Source of the DNA: a virus
Strand: one strand, 5' to 3'
DNA: 64,000 nt
Virus record (IMG/VR): IMGVR_UViG_3300002144_000477
Location: 64,001-128,000 of that record
This document shows, piece after piece, positions 1-10,600 of this stretch. How positions within the stretch are numbered: the first letter of the stretch is position 1; each line of letters begins with the position of its first letter. The notes under the pieces were generated by a model. The model had not been told where the DNA came from. It did no database searches and saw nothing but the letters and a program-made list of their open reading frames with translations. Made by a program: the position numbers and the translations under genes.

Positions 1-1
1 T

Positions 2-445
2 ACTAAGCTAACACATAGTAATTATGACGCAGTGTTTTATGAAGGATCAGAAGTTAGTTCGATCTCAATCGACGGCGAGTTCACTGTGCAGACACAGAAT
101 GAAGCGAAGTACTTACTTGCGGCTGTGTACTTTTTCCGCTCTGCTACTAAAATGTGGTTCGGCAAGAGTGCAAGAGCAGGCATGCCGCCACCGATTGTAT
201 TTTTAGACGGATACGGCGATCATTACTTCCCGCATGTTCCATGTGTAATTACATCGTTCCAGCATGCTATGCCTAACGATGTTGACTATATTGCAACAAC
301 CGCTGACTCAGTTAGTACTAGAATACCAACGTTAAGCACTATTCAACTGTCGCTACAACCGATATATAGTCGCCGTAAAATTTATAACGATTTTAATCTT
401 GACGATTTTGCAGCCGGGCGATTGATAACGAAAGGATTCATTTAA
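2..445 (+). CDS. Baseplate/tail-tube initiator-like structural protein (gp48/gp54-type), 5'-truncated by the window edge
   Basis: The frame is open from base 2 (TKLTHSNYDAVFYEG...), so the GTG at 32 is probably internal. The PPPIVFLDGYG...VPCVITSF...L.LQPIYSR pattern and the position just before gp53/hub/spike genes fit tube-initiator proteins. Confidence 0.55.
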   Translation, partial: TKLTHSNYDAVFYEGSEVSSISIDGEFTVQTQNEAKYLLAAVYFFRSATKMWFGKSARAGMPPPIVFLDGYGDHYFPHVPCVITSFQHAMPNDVDYIATTADSVSTRIPTLSTIQLSLQPIYSRRKIYNDFNLDDFAAGRLITKGFI

Positions 446-753
446 TGGCTACTAAACACGAGTATCATCCAACTAGTCCATACTACACTACGGAAACGTT
501 TGGTGACTTCTTAGACTTACTAAATTTTAGACCAATTACTAAACGACCCGACGATATTGACTATGTAATTGAAAAAGCCTATGCTTATAGACCGCAGGCT
601 CTAGCGTTTGATTTGTATGGCGACACTAGGCTCTGGTGGGTGTTTGCAGCCAGGAACCCAAATAAACTCAAAGATCCATTATTTGATTTTGTGTCAGGGT
701 TAACTATTAAGATCCCGTATAAGCAAACATTAATCGACGATTTAGGACTATAA
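445..753 (+). CDS. Baseplate wedge protein, gp53/LysM-like
   Basis: RPQALAFDLYGDTRLWWVFAARN motif typical of gp53/tail-X LysM proteins. Overlaps the upstream stop (TAATG). Confidence 0.75.
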   Translation: MATKHEYHPTSPYYTTETFGDFLDLLNFRPITKRPDDIDYVIEKAYAYRPQALAFDLYGDTRLWWVFAARNPNKLKDPLFDFVSGLTIKIPYKQTLIDDLGL

Positions 754-756
754 TAC

Positions 757-3700
757 ATGGCTGATAATGACCGCGACCTCTCGGACCAGGAATATAATCT
801 ATTAAATGCAGAAGCAGACTTGCTTGCTCAACGTGCGGCATTAGATAAACGCGAGCAAGCATTACTAAGCGGGCGCGGCACAATCACTGATGCACAAGCC
901 GAGCAGTTAGAGCTCGAGCGGAGTAAAATTAACAACCAGATAAAAAGTGTTGTTGCAGAAAGAACTGAAGTAGAGCAAAAACTAGATGCTGCTTATCCAG
1001 CAGTTAAACCTAACTCAGCCTGGTCCAACGCCAATGACGATGATGACGATGATGACGATGACGATGCTGATTTCTACGGCAACCGAGATAATGCATCTTC
1101 TGCAAATAACAACGCAAAAGTCCAGGCATTAACTAATAAAAAGATAAGCACACAAGAAACTTCAACGACAACAACGACCGGCGGCGGCGTAACTACTGTC
1201 GGTTACAACGAAGCCGAACTAGATGCGTATATCGATAAAAGATCGGCGGCGCAACAGGCAGACAGAGCTGAACAAAAGCGTGTTAACGACGCATATTTAC
1301 AATCTCAAGGTTTAGCTGACGCACCAGCAGGCGAAAGATTACGAGCAATATCTAAGGCAAAACGAGACGGTGCGATTCCAGAAGTATCAACTGCCACAGA
1401 CGAGTTTGAAGCAAACAACTCTAAGCCAGTTGCTGTAACTACTCGCGAAGAGGGAGAAGCAGTTGCTCAGGAAAAAGTTACAAACAACGAGACTGCTAAT
1501 AGCAACACTGCTGCTGGGTCGTTGCAGCCAACTAACTCAGAGTCTGGTACTGCTATAAAAACAGATGAAGATGAAGATGACAACCCAGGCGAAGAACTCG
1601 ACGATGAAGAACTTGCTGAACTAGAGGAAGGCATAGACCGTAACGAAAATTCTAATAGTGGTAATACCGGCGATCCGGTAGTTGAAACGGACAAGGCAGG
1701 AGTAGTAGTTGCGACTGAATCCGACACTGAGGGCAAAGGCGATCAAGCCGGGGATGAGATTACCGAAGCCGACAAAGCTATTGCAGCTGACGAAGTTCCG
1801 GTACCAGTAATAGATACTAAAGTAGTTTATCAATTCCCTAAGGCAACGTCAAGTCCTCAAGTAACGTTACCAAATGAAGTAACTGAGTTTACTAGTAGTG
1901 CAAATATATTGCACAATTATGCATCGTATACCTACCGTATAACATTGTATATGCTTAGTGTTCACGATTATAAAGTTATATCCGACACACCGCATTTATG
2001 GAAGCCAAGCAACGCAATTGTAAGTGGTGCTGGTAAGCACGACTTAGTTAGTGCGCACAGGCACCCAGAATTTAAAGATGATTTTTATTTTCAGGAACTA
2101 TCTATCCAGACTATGGTTGGATTAAATGCCAAGAGCAAAGCAAGTAATGCACTTGATTTAAACTTTTCCCTAATAGAGCCCTACGGTATTACATTCTTGG
2201 ACAGATTAGTTGCTGCCAGCAGATATTTTGGCAGTAAGAATTATCTAGATATGCCGTACCTGTTACAGATCGAGTTTTACGGCCAAACCGACTCGGGTGT
2301 AGCAGACTTTCAACCAATACCAAATACTACAAAGAGAATTCCTATTCGCTTACTTGGGATGGATATTGATGTTACTAGTCAAGGTGCAACATATAAAATA
2401 TCAGCAAGTCCTTACAACCATACCGCGTTTGACGAAAAGATAGCAGTTACTAGTGTTAACTTGCAAGTGACTGCTGGAGACGTTGGCGGATTTTTTAGAA
2501 GTAAAGACAGTTCCGAAATGGATAAAACGCTAGCAAATCGTGCTCGCGCAACTAACGCACTTAAAGCATTAGCTAAGATAAACCCAGAAGAAGCAAGAGA
2601 AGCAAAAGAAAAGTATGCTAAACAACTAAAGGCACCTATTAGAATCGAAACATATCCAGCAGGATTAAATTCCTGGTTTAATTACATGGTAACTGAAAAT
2701 GCAAGGGTGCATGCTGATAAGATACTGTTTAACATACATCCAGACATTGCTATATCAAAAATAGTACGGCCATCAAAAAATGCACATACTACAACTAAGA
2801 TGGCGCAAGCTGGTACAAAAGAAGGTGCGGCATTGTCACGCAATAACGGTGCTGGTCCAGACTTCAATGAAAAAGGCTTTATAATTAACGCCGGAACTAG
2901 TATCCTTAAAGTAATTGACATGGTTATTCGTAATAGCGAGTATATTAGTAATCAAATTAAAGATCCGGCAACTAGTGTTGATGCACAAAAAATGTCACCG
3001 GAGGAATTCGCTAAGGCATTAAACAAACCATTTAAATGGTACAAGGTAATACCTAGTGTGGAGCTAGGTGAGTTCGACGAAAAAGCAAATCGATACTCTA
3101 AGATAATAACGTATCATGTTCTGCCGCACGAAGTAGCAGATACTAAGCATCCGTATGGTCCTAGGAAAAAACCGACTCGGTTCCACAAAGCATACAGTTA
3201 CTTTTATACTGGCGCCAACCACGACATCATAGATTTCAAGATTGAATTCAACGCATTGTATTATAATGTTGTCAGTATAAATCGTGCAAACTCGCAAACA
3301 TCAACGGTTTCGCCTGGTAAAACTGAACAACGAAATAGCAAAATTGTAAATCCCAGTGGCGGCAAGAATGCAGTATTCGGACAACATTACGAGTTCACAG
3401 CTGGTGACCAATCAGGGCAAGGGTTAGATATGGATTCTAGCAGTACTACTAAGACTGTTAACGACATCCAGCACAATTTATATCAAAATAGCAAAGCAGA
3501 TATGCTGAGTTTAACTATGCAAATCATTGGTGATCCTGATTATATTAAACAAGACGACGTGTATATCAACCCAAGGCAGAAAGATTACGAAGATAAAACG
3601 TCCGGCGACAAAATAAACGGCGGTAGCTTAGTTTATGACAAAGGCGAAGTATATGCCTTGGTTAGATTTAAATCACCGACTGACATTGATGAAACGACAG

Positions 3701-4860
3701 GCTTAATCAGGACCGACGGCAGATACGTAGACACAGCGTTTACTGGACTGTACCGAGTCATGGGAGTTAAGAACACATTTAGACAAGGTACGTTTAAGCA
3801 AGATATTGATCTAATTAGAATATTGGACCACGATGTTAACTTAGCACTAGGTAATACAGTACCGACAGAACGTCAGGTTAAAGCGTCAATAAAACGTAAC
3901 CTTCCGATTATTCCAGCTAGCCAAGCTGGTGTCAATTTAGGCAAACAGCCAGACATTACATCAGCAACACTTCCGCAATTAGATAAATTTGGAAACGATG
4001 TAGCAGGTGCAGTAACTCAAGGAGTTGAGGAAATAACCAACGCAGCCAACGCATCCAATGGCCTAATGTCGAGAGTGGGCGGTGCAATGGCTGCGTTGAA
4101 TGGAGTTAACCAAATTACAGCGGCACTAAGCGGCGGCGGATTGGGTAGTTTGCCTGGAATTGTAGATGGAGTAGGACAGTTAGGCAGCGGATTAAATTCG
4201 TTAACAAATGGCCTAGCTGGTGTTTCTAATGCATTGCCAGGCAGTGTTAACGAATTAACCGGAGGTGTTGGTGCAGGGTTCCCAAGTCTCGATGCGTTTG
4301 GCGGAGCAGGAGATATTGTGCAGTCGGGTGCGTCAACATTAAAGCAATTTGCAATGGGCACAGGTATAACTGGAGCAAACCCAGACTTAACAGCAATAGC
4401 GGCCTTAGGGGACGAGATTGACATTGCAGGATTACAGTCTGAATTAAGAGAACCTATATCAGAAGTAGCTGCACCTCCAGTTATACTCGGGGGTTTCGCT
4501 CCAGTCTCGAGTAGTTTGTTAACAGCCGCCGCAAAAGCTAAACAAACAGTGTCTCAGTTAGCTGATAAAGCTGGCATAACGCTACCTAGTATGCCAGATA
4601 TTCAAAATGTAAGCACGGTGCTCAATGATGCAATTAATGCCGCAGGATTTGATGTAGCAAGTTTGGACGGTGCTGTTAGCAATGGAGTTAATTTAGGAGC
4701 CCTACGTGATATTGGTGCAAATGCTACATCACTGGATTCCAAAATGTCAGGTTTTGTCAATGGGGCGCTAAACGATCCTAATGCCCCGCCGTATACAGGT
4801 GATGATCCAATTGTGCGAGCACGACTAGGATTACCACCAATCCCAACTGACTTTACATAA
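757..4860 (+). CDS. Baseplate hub protein (gp27/VgrG-N-like core) with acidic N-terminal and Gly/Ala-rich C-terminal extensions
   Basis: 1367 aa. The central region has hub-type motifs (LIEPYG, MQIIGDP, FTGLYRVMGVKNTFRQGTFKQ) and the gene sits between gp53-like and spike genes. Both flanks are low complexity. Confidence 0.6.
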   Translation: MADNDRDLSDQEYNLLNAEADLLAQRAALDKREQALLSGRGTITDAQAEQLELERSKINNQIKSVVAERTEVEQKLDAAYPAVKPNSAWSNANDDDDDDDDDDADFYGNRDNASSANNNAKVQALTNKKISTQETSTTTTTGGGVTTVGYNEAELDAYIDKRSAAQQADRAEQKRVNDAYLQSQGLADAPAGERLRAISKAKRDGAIPEVSTATDEFEANNSKPVAVTTREEGEAVAQEKVTNNETANSNTAAGSLQPTNSESGTAIKTDEDEDDNPGEELDDEELAELEEGIDRNENSNSGNTGDPVVETDKAGVVVATESDTEGKGDQAGDEITEADKAIAADEVPVPVIDTKVVYQFPKATSSPQVTLPNEVTEFTSSANILHNYASYTYRITLYMLSVHDYKVISDTPHLWKPSNAIVSGAGKHDLVSAHRHPEFKDDFYFQELSIQTMVGLNAKSKASNALDLNFSLIEPYGITFLDRLVAASRYFGSKNYLDMPYLLQIEFYGQTDSGVADFQPIPNTTKRIPIRLLGMDIDVTSQGATYKISASPYNHTAFDEKIAVTSVNLQVTAGDVGGFFRSKDSSEMDKTLANRARATNALKALAKINPEEAREAKEKYAKQLKAPIRIETYPAGLNSWFNYMVTENARVHADKILFNIHPDIAISKIVRPSKNAHTTTKMAQAGTKEGAALSRNNGAGPDFNEKGFIINAGTSILKVIDMVIRNSEYISNQIKDPATSVDAQKMSPEEFAKALNKPFKWYKVIPSVELGEFDEKANRYSKIITYHVLPHEVADTKHPYGPRKKPTRFHKAYSYFYTGANHDIIDFKIEFNALYYNVVSINRANSQTSTVSPGKTEQRNSKIVNPSGGKNAVFGQHYEFTAGDQSGQGLDMDSSSTTKTVNDIQHNLYQNSKADMLSLTMQIIGDPDYIKQDDVYINPRQKDYEDKTSGDKINGGSLVYDKGEVYALVRFKSPTDIDETTGLIRTDGRYVDTAFTGLYRVMGVKNTFRQGTFKQDIDLIRILDHDVNLALGNTVPTERQVKASIKRNLPIIPASQAGVNLGKQPDITSATLPQLDKFGNDVAGAVTQGVEEITNAANASNGLMSRVGGAMAALNGVNQITAALSGGGLGSLPGIVDGVGQLGSGLNSLTNGLAGVSNALPGSVNELTGGVGAGFPSLDAFGGAGDIVQSGASTLKQFAMGTGITGANPDLTAIAALGDEIDIAGLQSELREPISEVAAPPVILGGFAPVSSSLLTAAAKAKQTVSQLADKAGITLPSMPDIQNVSTVLNDAINAAGFDVASLDGAVSNGVNLGALRDIGANATSLDSKMSGFVNGALNDPNAPPYTGDDPIVRARLGLPPIPTDFT
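1036..1065 (+). repeat. GAY trinucleotide run encoding Asp10
   Basis: gacgatgatgacgatgatgacgatgacgat in frame in the hub gene. Confidence 0.85.
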
Positions 4861-4891
4861 TTAACACCGACATAAAAAGGTAATTAACAGT

Positions 4892-7159
4892 ATGGCAATT
4901 AGCAGACGAACTGGCGGTAACCGAATTCCGGATTGGGCCGATCAAACAAAAACTGGCGGACAGGTCCTTGACTCTGGACCATACGTTGGTGTGATTAAAA
5001 ACAACTTGGATCCGACCCGCAGTGGTCGTTTACAAGTTTACATTCCAAATTTAGGCGGCGACGAAAACGAAATACAAAATTGGCGTACAGTTGTTTACGC
5101 TAGTCCGTTCTTCGGGTCAACGTTTCAACCCGAAGCAACTGAGATAACAAGTCACGATAAGGTTCATCACACATACGGAATGTGGGCTATCCCGCCCGAC
5201 ATTGGCAACGAAGTACTTTGTACATTTATAAGCGGCGACCCAGGAAAGGGTTACTGGTTTGCATGCGTTAATAAACACCTGTCACATAACCAGTTACCAG
5301 CCAATGGCGCATTTGGTATTCAAAATAAAGACACTGTTGTTAGTACACTTGTTAAGAATAGTTTAAATCGTGGCGGAATTTTACCCAGCGGCGAGTTTAA
5401 TGAAAACAAGACTGACAACGTTAGCGATAGTTACTTAACAGTTCCTCGTAGTGTGCATGAATATCAAGCCGAGATAGTTATTAACCAAGGTCTGGATTTA
5501 GATTCTACCAGAGGAGCTATTAGTAGTAGTAGCCAACGTGAAACACCTAGCCAAGTATTCGGAATTAGCACTCCAGGGCGTCCAACAGCAGATCCAACAA
5601 TCGATCCTGAGTATACGCAAAAGCTCAATGAAGGTCGCATAACCGAAGAAGATTATGCTATTAGGCAGCGCAGAGGCGGCCATAGTTTTGTAATGGACGA
5701 TGGTGACATCAATGGTAACGACCAGCTAGTACGCATAAGGTCGAGCGCTGGACACCAAATACTAATGAGCGATGATAATAAGTTTATACAAATTATCAAC
5801 GGTAACGGCAGTGTTTGGATGGAAATGACAGGTGACGGGCATTTAATGATGTACAGCTATGGCGGTATGCATTTTAGGACCGAAGGGGAAATGAATTTTC
5901 ATGCTGATAGTAACATTAATTTTAATGCCGGTGGGAAGTTTAACGTTCATGCCGCAGCCGATATAAATTTCGACAGTGCAAATAATTTAACTATTAAAGC
6001 AAATAGCACTATTACACAATACGCTGGCACTGTTAAAATTGGAGCCGGCGGCAATCTTGTTATGAATGCTGCAAGTAAGATTGATGTAACTGCATCTAGT
6101 AGTTTAAATCTATGGGGAAGTAGATTAGATTTAAATTCTGCCCCTGGAGCTAAAATTAGTAATCCAGGTAGTTTAAAAAAGTTCTTTCATACAGACGTTA
6201 CACGCCCATCATTGGCAGAACCATGGACTGAAAAGCCTAGAGCTACTACTAGCATTAACAGCATTGTACCAGCACACGAGCCGTGGACTAGACAAACAGG
6301 CGAAGCAGTTACTGATACTAGTTTTGTGGTTGGCCAGAACTTAGAAGCAACAGCAGCAAGTAGATCTGTTAATGTAGCAACTGCGTTTGCTTCAACAGGC
6401 GGGACTATTGCTGGTGGTTACCCTGGCCCTACAACTGCGGTAAACCAAACTTCGACAGCAGCAAGTAGTGCGTCGGGGTTTAATACTCCCATTGGCGGCG
6501 GTGCCGCAAGCGGTAAACCAGCTACTGGAAGCACACAAACTACCAGTACTGGAAATAACACTGGGCCTGACAGTGCTAATGGTCAACCTATTAAAAACGG
6601 CATTAGCAAAAGTGACTTATCCCGTCCGGATGCTCCTCCAGTTACTAAAGCAATTCCGCCATTGAGTGCAGAGCAAGCACAAGCACTAAAAACTCAAATT
6701 GCTAAAAGTGAGAGCGGATTTGATTACGGTGCAACTAACCAGTTTAATTACTTAGGTCGATACCAAGTTGGCGGCGCAGTGTTACAAGATCAAGGGTTAC
6801 TCCGACCGGAGTACGTTAAGAAATACGGTAATAGAGCTGCCCAGCACCCTGAAGCGTGGACAGCAAAAGCACATAGTATGGGAATTACAAGCCAGGCAGA
6901 TTTCCTTAAAAACGGTGCAGTTCAGGAGCAAGTAATGGATAACCTATTGGCATCTAATGCTAAAACACTATCGCGAATAGGCGGCATACGCCCAGGCGAC
7001 GACCCTGCTACGGCCGCCGGAATGCTACAAACTGCACACTTGCTAGGTGCCGGTGGCGCAAAGAATTGGCGCAACGGTGGTGGTGGCGCAGATGCAAATG
7101 GCACCACTGGTATCGCCTACTTCAACAAAGGTCGTGGTGCTATCGAAGCACTGGCATAA
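4892..7159 (+). CDS. Baseplate central spike (gp5/VgrG-like OB fold and beta-helix) with C-terminal lysozyme-like domain
   Basis: N-terminal GPYVGVIKNNLDPTRSGRLQVYIP and PPDIGNEVLC OB-fold motifs, beta-helix repeats (NINFNAGGKFNVHA), a PAHEPW tip motif, and a C-terminal IAKSESG...NYLGRYQVG lysozyme-superfamily motif. Confidence 0.8.
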   Translation: MAISRRTGGNRIPDWADQTKTGGQVLDSGPYVGVIKNNLDPTRSGRLQVYIPNLGGDENEIQNWRTVVYASPFFGSTFQPEATEITSHDKVHHTYGMWAIPPDIGNEVLCTFISGDPGKGYWFACVNKHLSHNQLPANGAFGIQNKDTVVSTLVKNSLNRGGILPSGEFNENKTDNVSDSYLTVPRSVHEYQAEIVINQGLDLDSTRGAISSSSQRETPSQVFGISTPGRPTADPTIDPEYTQKLNEGRITEEDYAIRQRRGGHSFVMDDGDINGNDQLVRIRSSAGHQILMSDDNKFIQIINGNGSVWMEMTGDGHLMMYSYGGMHFRTEGEMNFHADSNINFNAGGKFNVHAAADINFDSANNLTIKANSTITQYAGTVKIGAGGNLVMNAASKIDVTASSSLNLWGSRLDLNSAPGAKISNPGSLKKFFHTDVTRPSLAEPWTEKPRATTSINSIVPAHEPWTRQTGEAVTDTSFVVGQNLEATAASRSVNVATAFASTGGTIAGGYPGPTTAVNQTSTAASSASGFNTPIGGGAASGKPATGSTQTTSTGNNTGPDSANGQPIKNGISKSDLSRPDAPPVTKAIPPLSAEQAQALKTQIAKSESGFDYGATNQFNYLGRYQVGGAVLQDQGLLRPEYVKKYGNRAAQHPEAWTAKAHSMGITSQADFLKNGAVQEQVMDNLLASNAKTLSRIGGIRPGDDPATAAGMLQTAHLLGAGGAKNWRNGGGGADANGTTGIAYFNKGRGAIEALA

Positions 7160-7170
7160 TTTTTTTACGG

Positions 7171-7176
7171 TAAATA
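7171..7176 (+). promoter_or_regulatory. T4-like late promoter motif (GGTAAATA), 7 nt before the ATG at 7184
   Basis: TAAATA preceded by a T-run; the same motif recurs in intergenic gaps before structural genes. Confidence 0.6.
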
Positions 7177-7183
7177 ATATACT

Positions 7184-7558
7184 ATGGCACGATACAGAGG
7201 TTTTAGCACTATTGGAAGATATAAGAAGTTTAGAGCGGTTGACGTAGATTTAATTAAACAGGATCTACTAAATCACTTTAACATTCGTCGCGGCGAAAAA
7301 CTAATGAATCCAACCTTCGGGACTATTATTTGGAATTGTTTGTTTGAGCCGTTTACTCCGGAAATTAGGCAAACGATAATCGACGATGTTGCCCGTATAG
7401 TTAACTACGACCCACGAACAAATGCAATAAATGTTATAGTCGACGAATACGATCTAGGACTACAAATAGAAATTGAGCTAGAATATGTTGGTGCTAACAA
7501 GCAAGACAGTCTGGTAGTAATGTTTGATCGAGATGCAGGACTAGCGCAACAATCTTAA
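7184..7558 (+). CDS. Baseplate wedge subunit gp25-like
   Basis: LIKQDLLNHFNIRRGEKLMNPTFG...LFEP...YDPR gp25 signature; 124 aa. Confidence 0.9.
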   Translation: MARYRGFSTIGRYKKFRAVDVDLIKQDLLNHFNIRRGEKLMNPTFGTIIWNCLFEPFTPEIRQTIIDDVARIVNYDPRTNAINVIVDEYDLGLQIEIELEYVGANKQDSLVVMFDRDAGLAQQS

Positions 7559-7580
7559 TAATAGCCGTTTTTTACACTGA

Positions 7581-7586
7581 TAAATA
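7581..7586 (+). promoter_or_regulatory. T4-like late promoter motif (GATAAATA)
   Basis: Intergenic TAAATA after a T-run, upstream of the gp6-like gene. Confidence 0.6.
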
Positions 7587-7616
7587 ATAGAATAAAGTTA
7601 TTTAGGTGTGTAAAAC

Positions 7617-10600
7617 ATGGCATTAAACAATAGACAAACAAGTTTACTGGTTCAACAGAATTGGACCAAAGTTTACGAAACGTTCAAAGAAGCTGATTTT
7701 CAGAGCTACGATTTTGAAACGTTGCGTAAAACAATGATCGATTACCTGCGTACTTACTACCCAGAAGACTTTAACGACTTCACTGAAAGTAGTGAATACG
7801 TTGCGTTAATTGATTTAATTGCATTCCTTGGACAAAGTTTAGCTTTTAGAGCTGACTTAAACGCCCGCGAAAACTTTATCGACACTGCTGAACGCCGCGA
7901 TAGCGTATTAAAACTTGCACGCCTAATTAACTACCACCCAAAGCGCAACATTGCATCGTCGGGATTACTTAAAGTCGAAAGTATTTCTACTACTGAGAGC
8001 GTATATGATAGTAACGGAACAGACCTTGCGAACTTAATTATTTCTTGGGACGATACTACCAACGATAGCTGGCAGGAACAATTTAATGCAATAATAAATG
8101 CGGCATTAGTTGATAGTCAAACAGTTGGCAAAGGCGGTAACTCGCAAGTAGTCAATGGAATTAATACAACTGAGTACACACTTAGCATTTCGCCTAATAG
8201 TGTACCGGCATACCGATTTGTGTCAGATGTAGAAGGAACATCACTTCCGTTTGAAGTTGTTAGTGCATCGACAGTAGGCAAGACTTTTGTGTATGAAAAA
8301 GAGCCAACTCCAATTGGACAATTTAACATACTACACCGCAATGATAAGCTAGGCAACAGTAGTAACAACACTGGCTTCTTTATGTACTTTAAGCAAGGTG
8401 CAGTAAACTCAGTTGATTTTAACATCGGTAGCGCATTACCAAACCGTATCGTTAACATTGATTTTGATAACATTAATAATAACGACACTTGGTTGTATAA
8501 GCTAACAGCTAATAACACAGTTGACACGCAGTGGACTAAAGTTCCTGCTATTGCTGGTATTAACATTGCTTACAACAAATCGTCAGAACGTAACTTATAC
8601 CAAGTGGTTACACGAAATGATGATAAAATTTCATTAAGTTTCGGCGACGGATCTTTTGCTAATATCCCACAAGGTAACTTCAGACTCTACTACCGTCAGA
8701 GTGCGGGCTACGAGTACAAGATTACTCCAGACGAAATTCAGAATATTAATATTCCGGTTACATACATTGACCGCAATGGCAGAACCCAGGTAATATCATT
8801 ACGTGTTAGTTTAAAGTACACTGTAGCAAATTCTTCACCGAGAGAATCAATTGCGGAGATTAGAGAAAAAGCACCGCAACAGTACTATACACAAAATAGA
8901 ATGATCACCGGGGAAGATTATAACATTTTCCCTTACACTGCGTATAACACAATTCAGAAAGTTAAGGCAACTAACAGGACTAGTTCCGGCGTTAGTCGTT
9001 TCCTTGATGTAGTGGATGTAACAGGCAAGTATTCAAGCACAAACATCTTTAGTGCCGATGGCGTACTGTACAAAGATGAATATACTAAGAGTTTAAACTT
9101 TAGTTACCAAACAGCTAACGAAATTTTTACAGTCATTTATAATCAGATTAATCCAATTCTTAAAGACAAGCCAGTGCAACACCTACACTATAATAAAGGC
9201 GCAAGATTTACAATTGAAGATAATAGCTGGAGATTTGAAAGCTCGTCGACTAACAAAACCATTGGTTATTTAATTGATGAGTCTGACGGCGTTAGTGTTG
9301 ACGCAATTGGTCCGGGCGTATCTGGTGTACTAGGTAAAATACTGCCTGGAGCTATTATTAAATTTAGTGCAGGCGAAGGCAACTATTTTAATACACGCGG
9401 ACAGATTAAAACCGGTGTAGTAACAAAGGACGGCGATAAGACATACATATATGCCGCAGTCCAACAAATAAACCAGACTACAAATCAACTAACTATTTCA
9501 GAGTATGTGCCAACTGGTGCGATTCCAGTGGAATTAATTCCTGTATTTAAGAATTTATTAAGCGATAGCATGCTTGACCAAATGGTTAACTTAATTAAAG
9601 TGTACAAGAACTTTGCGCTACGATACGACAATGAAATTAACGCATGGGCGTTAATTGATGCAGCCGACATTGGTACTGGGGGATATAGTAACGACTATGC
9701 CGGCGACACACAAGCACAAGGGCTGGATTCTAGCTGGGTTATAAAATTTGAATACAACGGAAACGAGTATACTGCAACCTATAGAGGCCTTGACTATTAT
9801 TTTGAAAGTGTAGCGGAAACTAAATTCTATTTTGATAATAGAGCCAAAGTATTTGACAGCAAAACCGGAACTACTATCACTGACACTGTTACTGTGTTAA
9901 AATTTAACAGCCAAGCAGATAGCGCATACCCGCTAGCTCAAAATTTAGCATGGAGCGTGTATAAGAACATTGTTGAAAGCGACGGTTACCAAGATAATAA
10001 AAAAATATTAGTAACGTTTCCGGATTCCGATGGCGATGGTGTGCCAGACAACCCAGACTTGTTTGATTTAATTGTTAACTCAACAGTTAACTCAACTACT
10101 AAATTTGTATTTTTTAAACAAAATCAGACTGATTCAAGTTTCATTGAATATCTACCGCTCGACTATTCAGCAGTTGAAATACTGGACTCTGAAGAAAGCG
10201 TTAGATTAAATGCCGACAGCTATTCAACTGGACAACTATTTTATTCGCACTCTAATAACCAGTTTTATCAACTAGTCACTGGTCAAACTAGCAACAGAGA
10301 AGTTATTAACGTAACGTCTGACTATAGAGCCAGAATAGGCAGAGACAAACTTAACTTCCAATACCGTCATAATAGTCCAAATAGCAGACGAATTGATCCG
10401 AGTCCAAACAATATTATGGATCTGTTTATTTTAACTAAACGATATGCAACAGACTATGCTGCGTGGATTAATGACACTAGCAATACACTGACTGCACCAG
10501 TTACTCCAACAAACGAGGAATTGAAATCGGAGTTCGCCGAGTTGGAAAATTACAAAGCAATGAGCGACAGCATTATATATAATGGTGCAACATTTAAACC

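Noticed and set aside
4858-4889. Direct repeat TAATTAACA x2 in the hub-spike gap
   Set aside because: Short and AT-rich; explained by the stop codon and a late-promoter-like variant.
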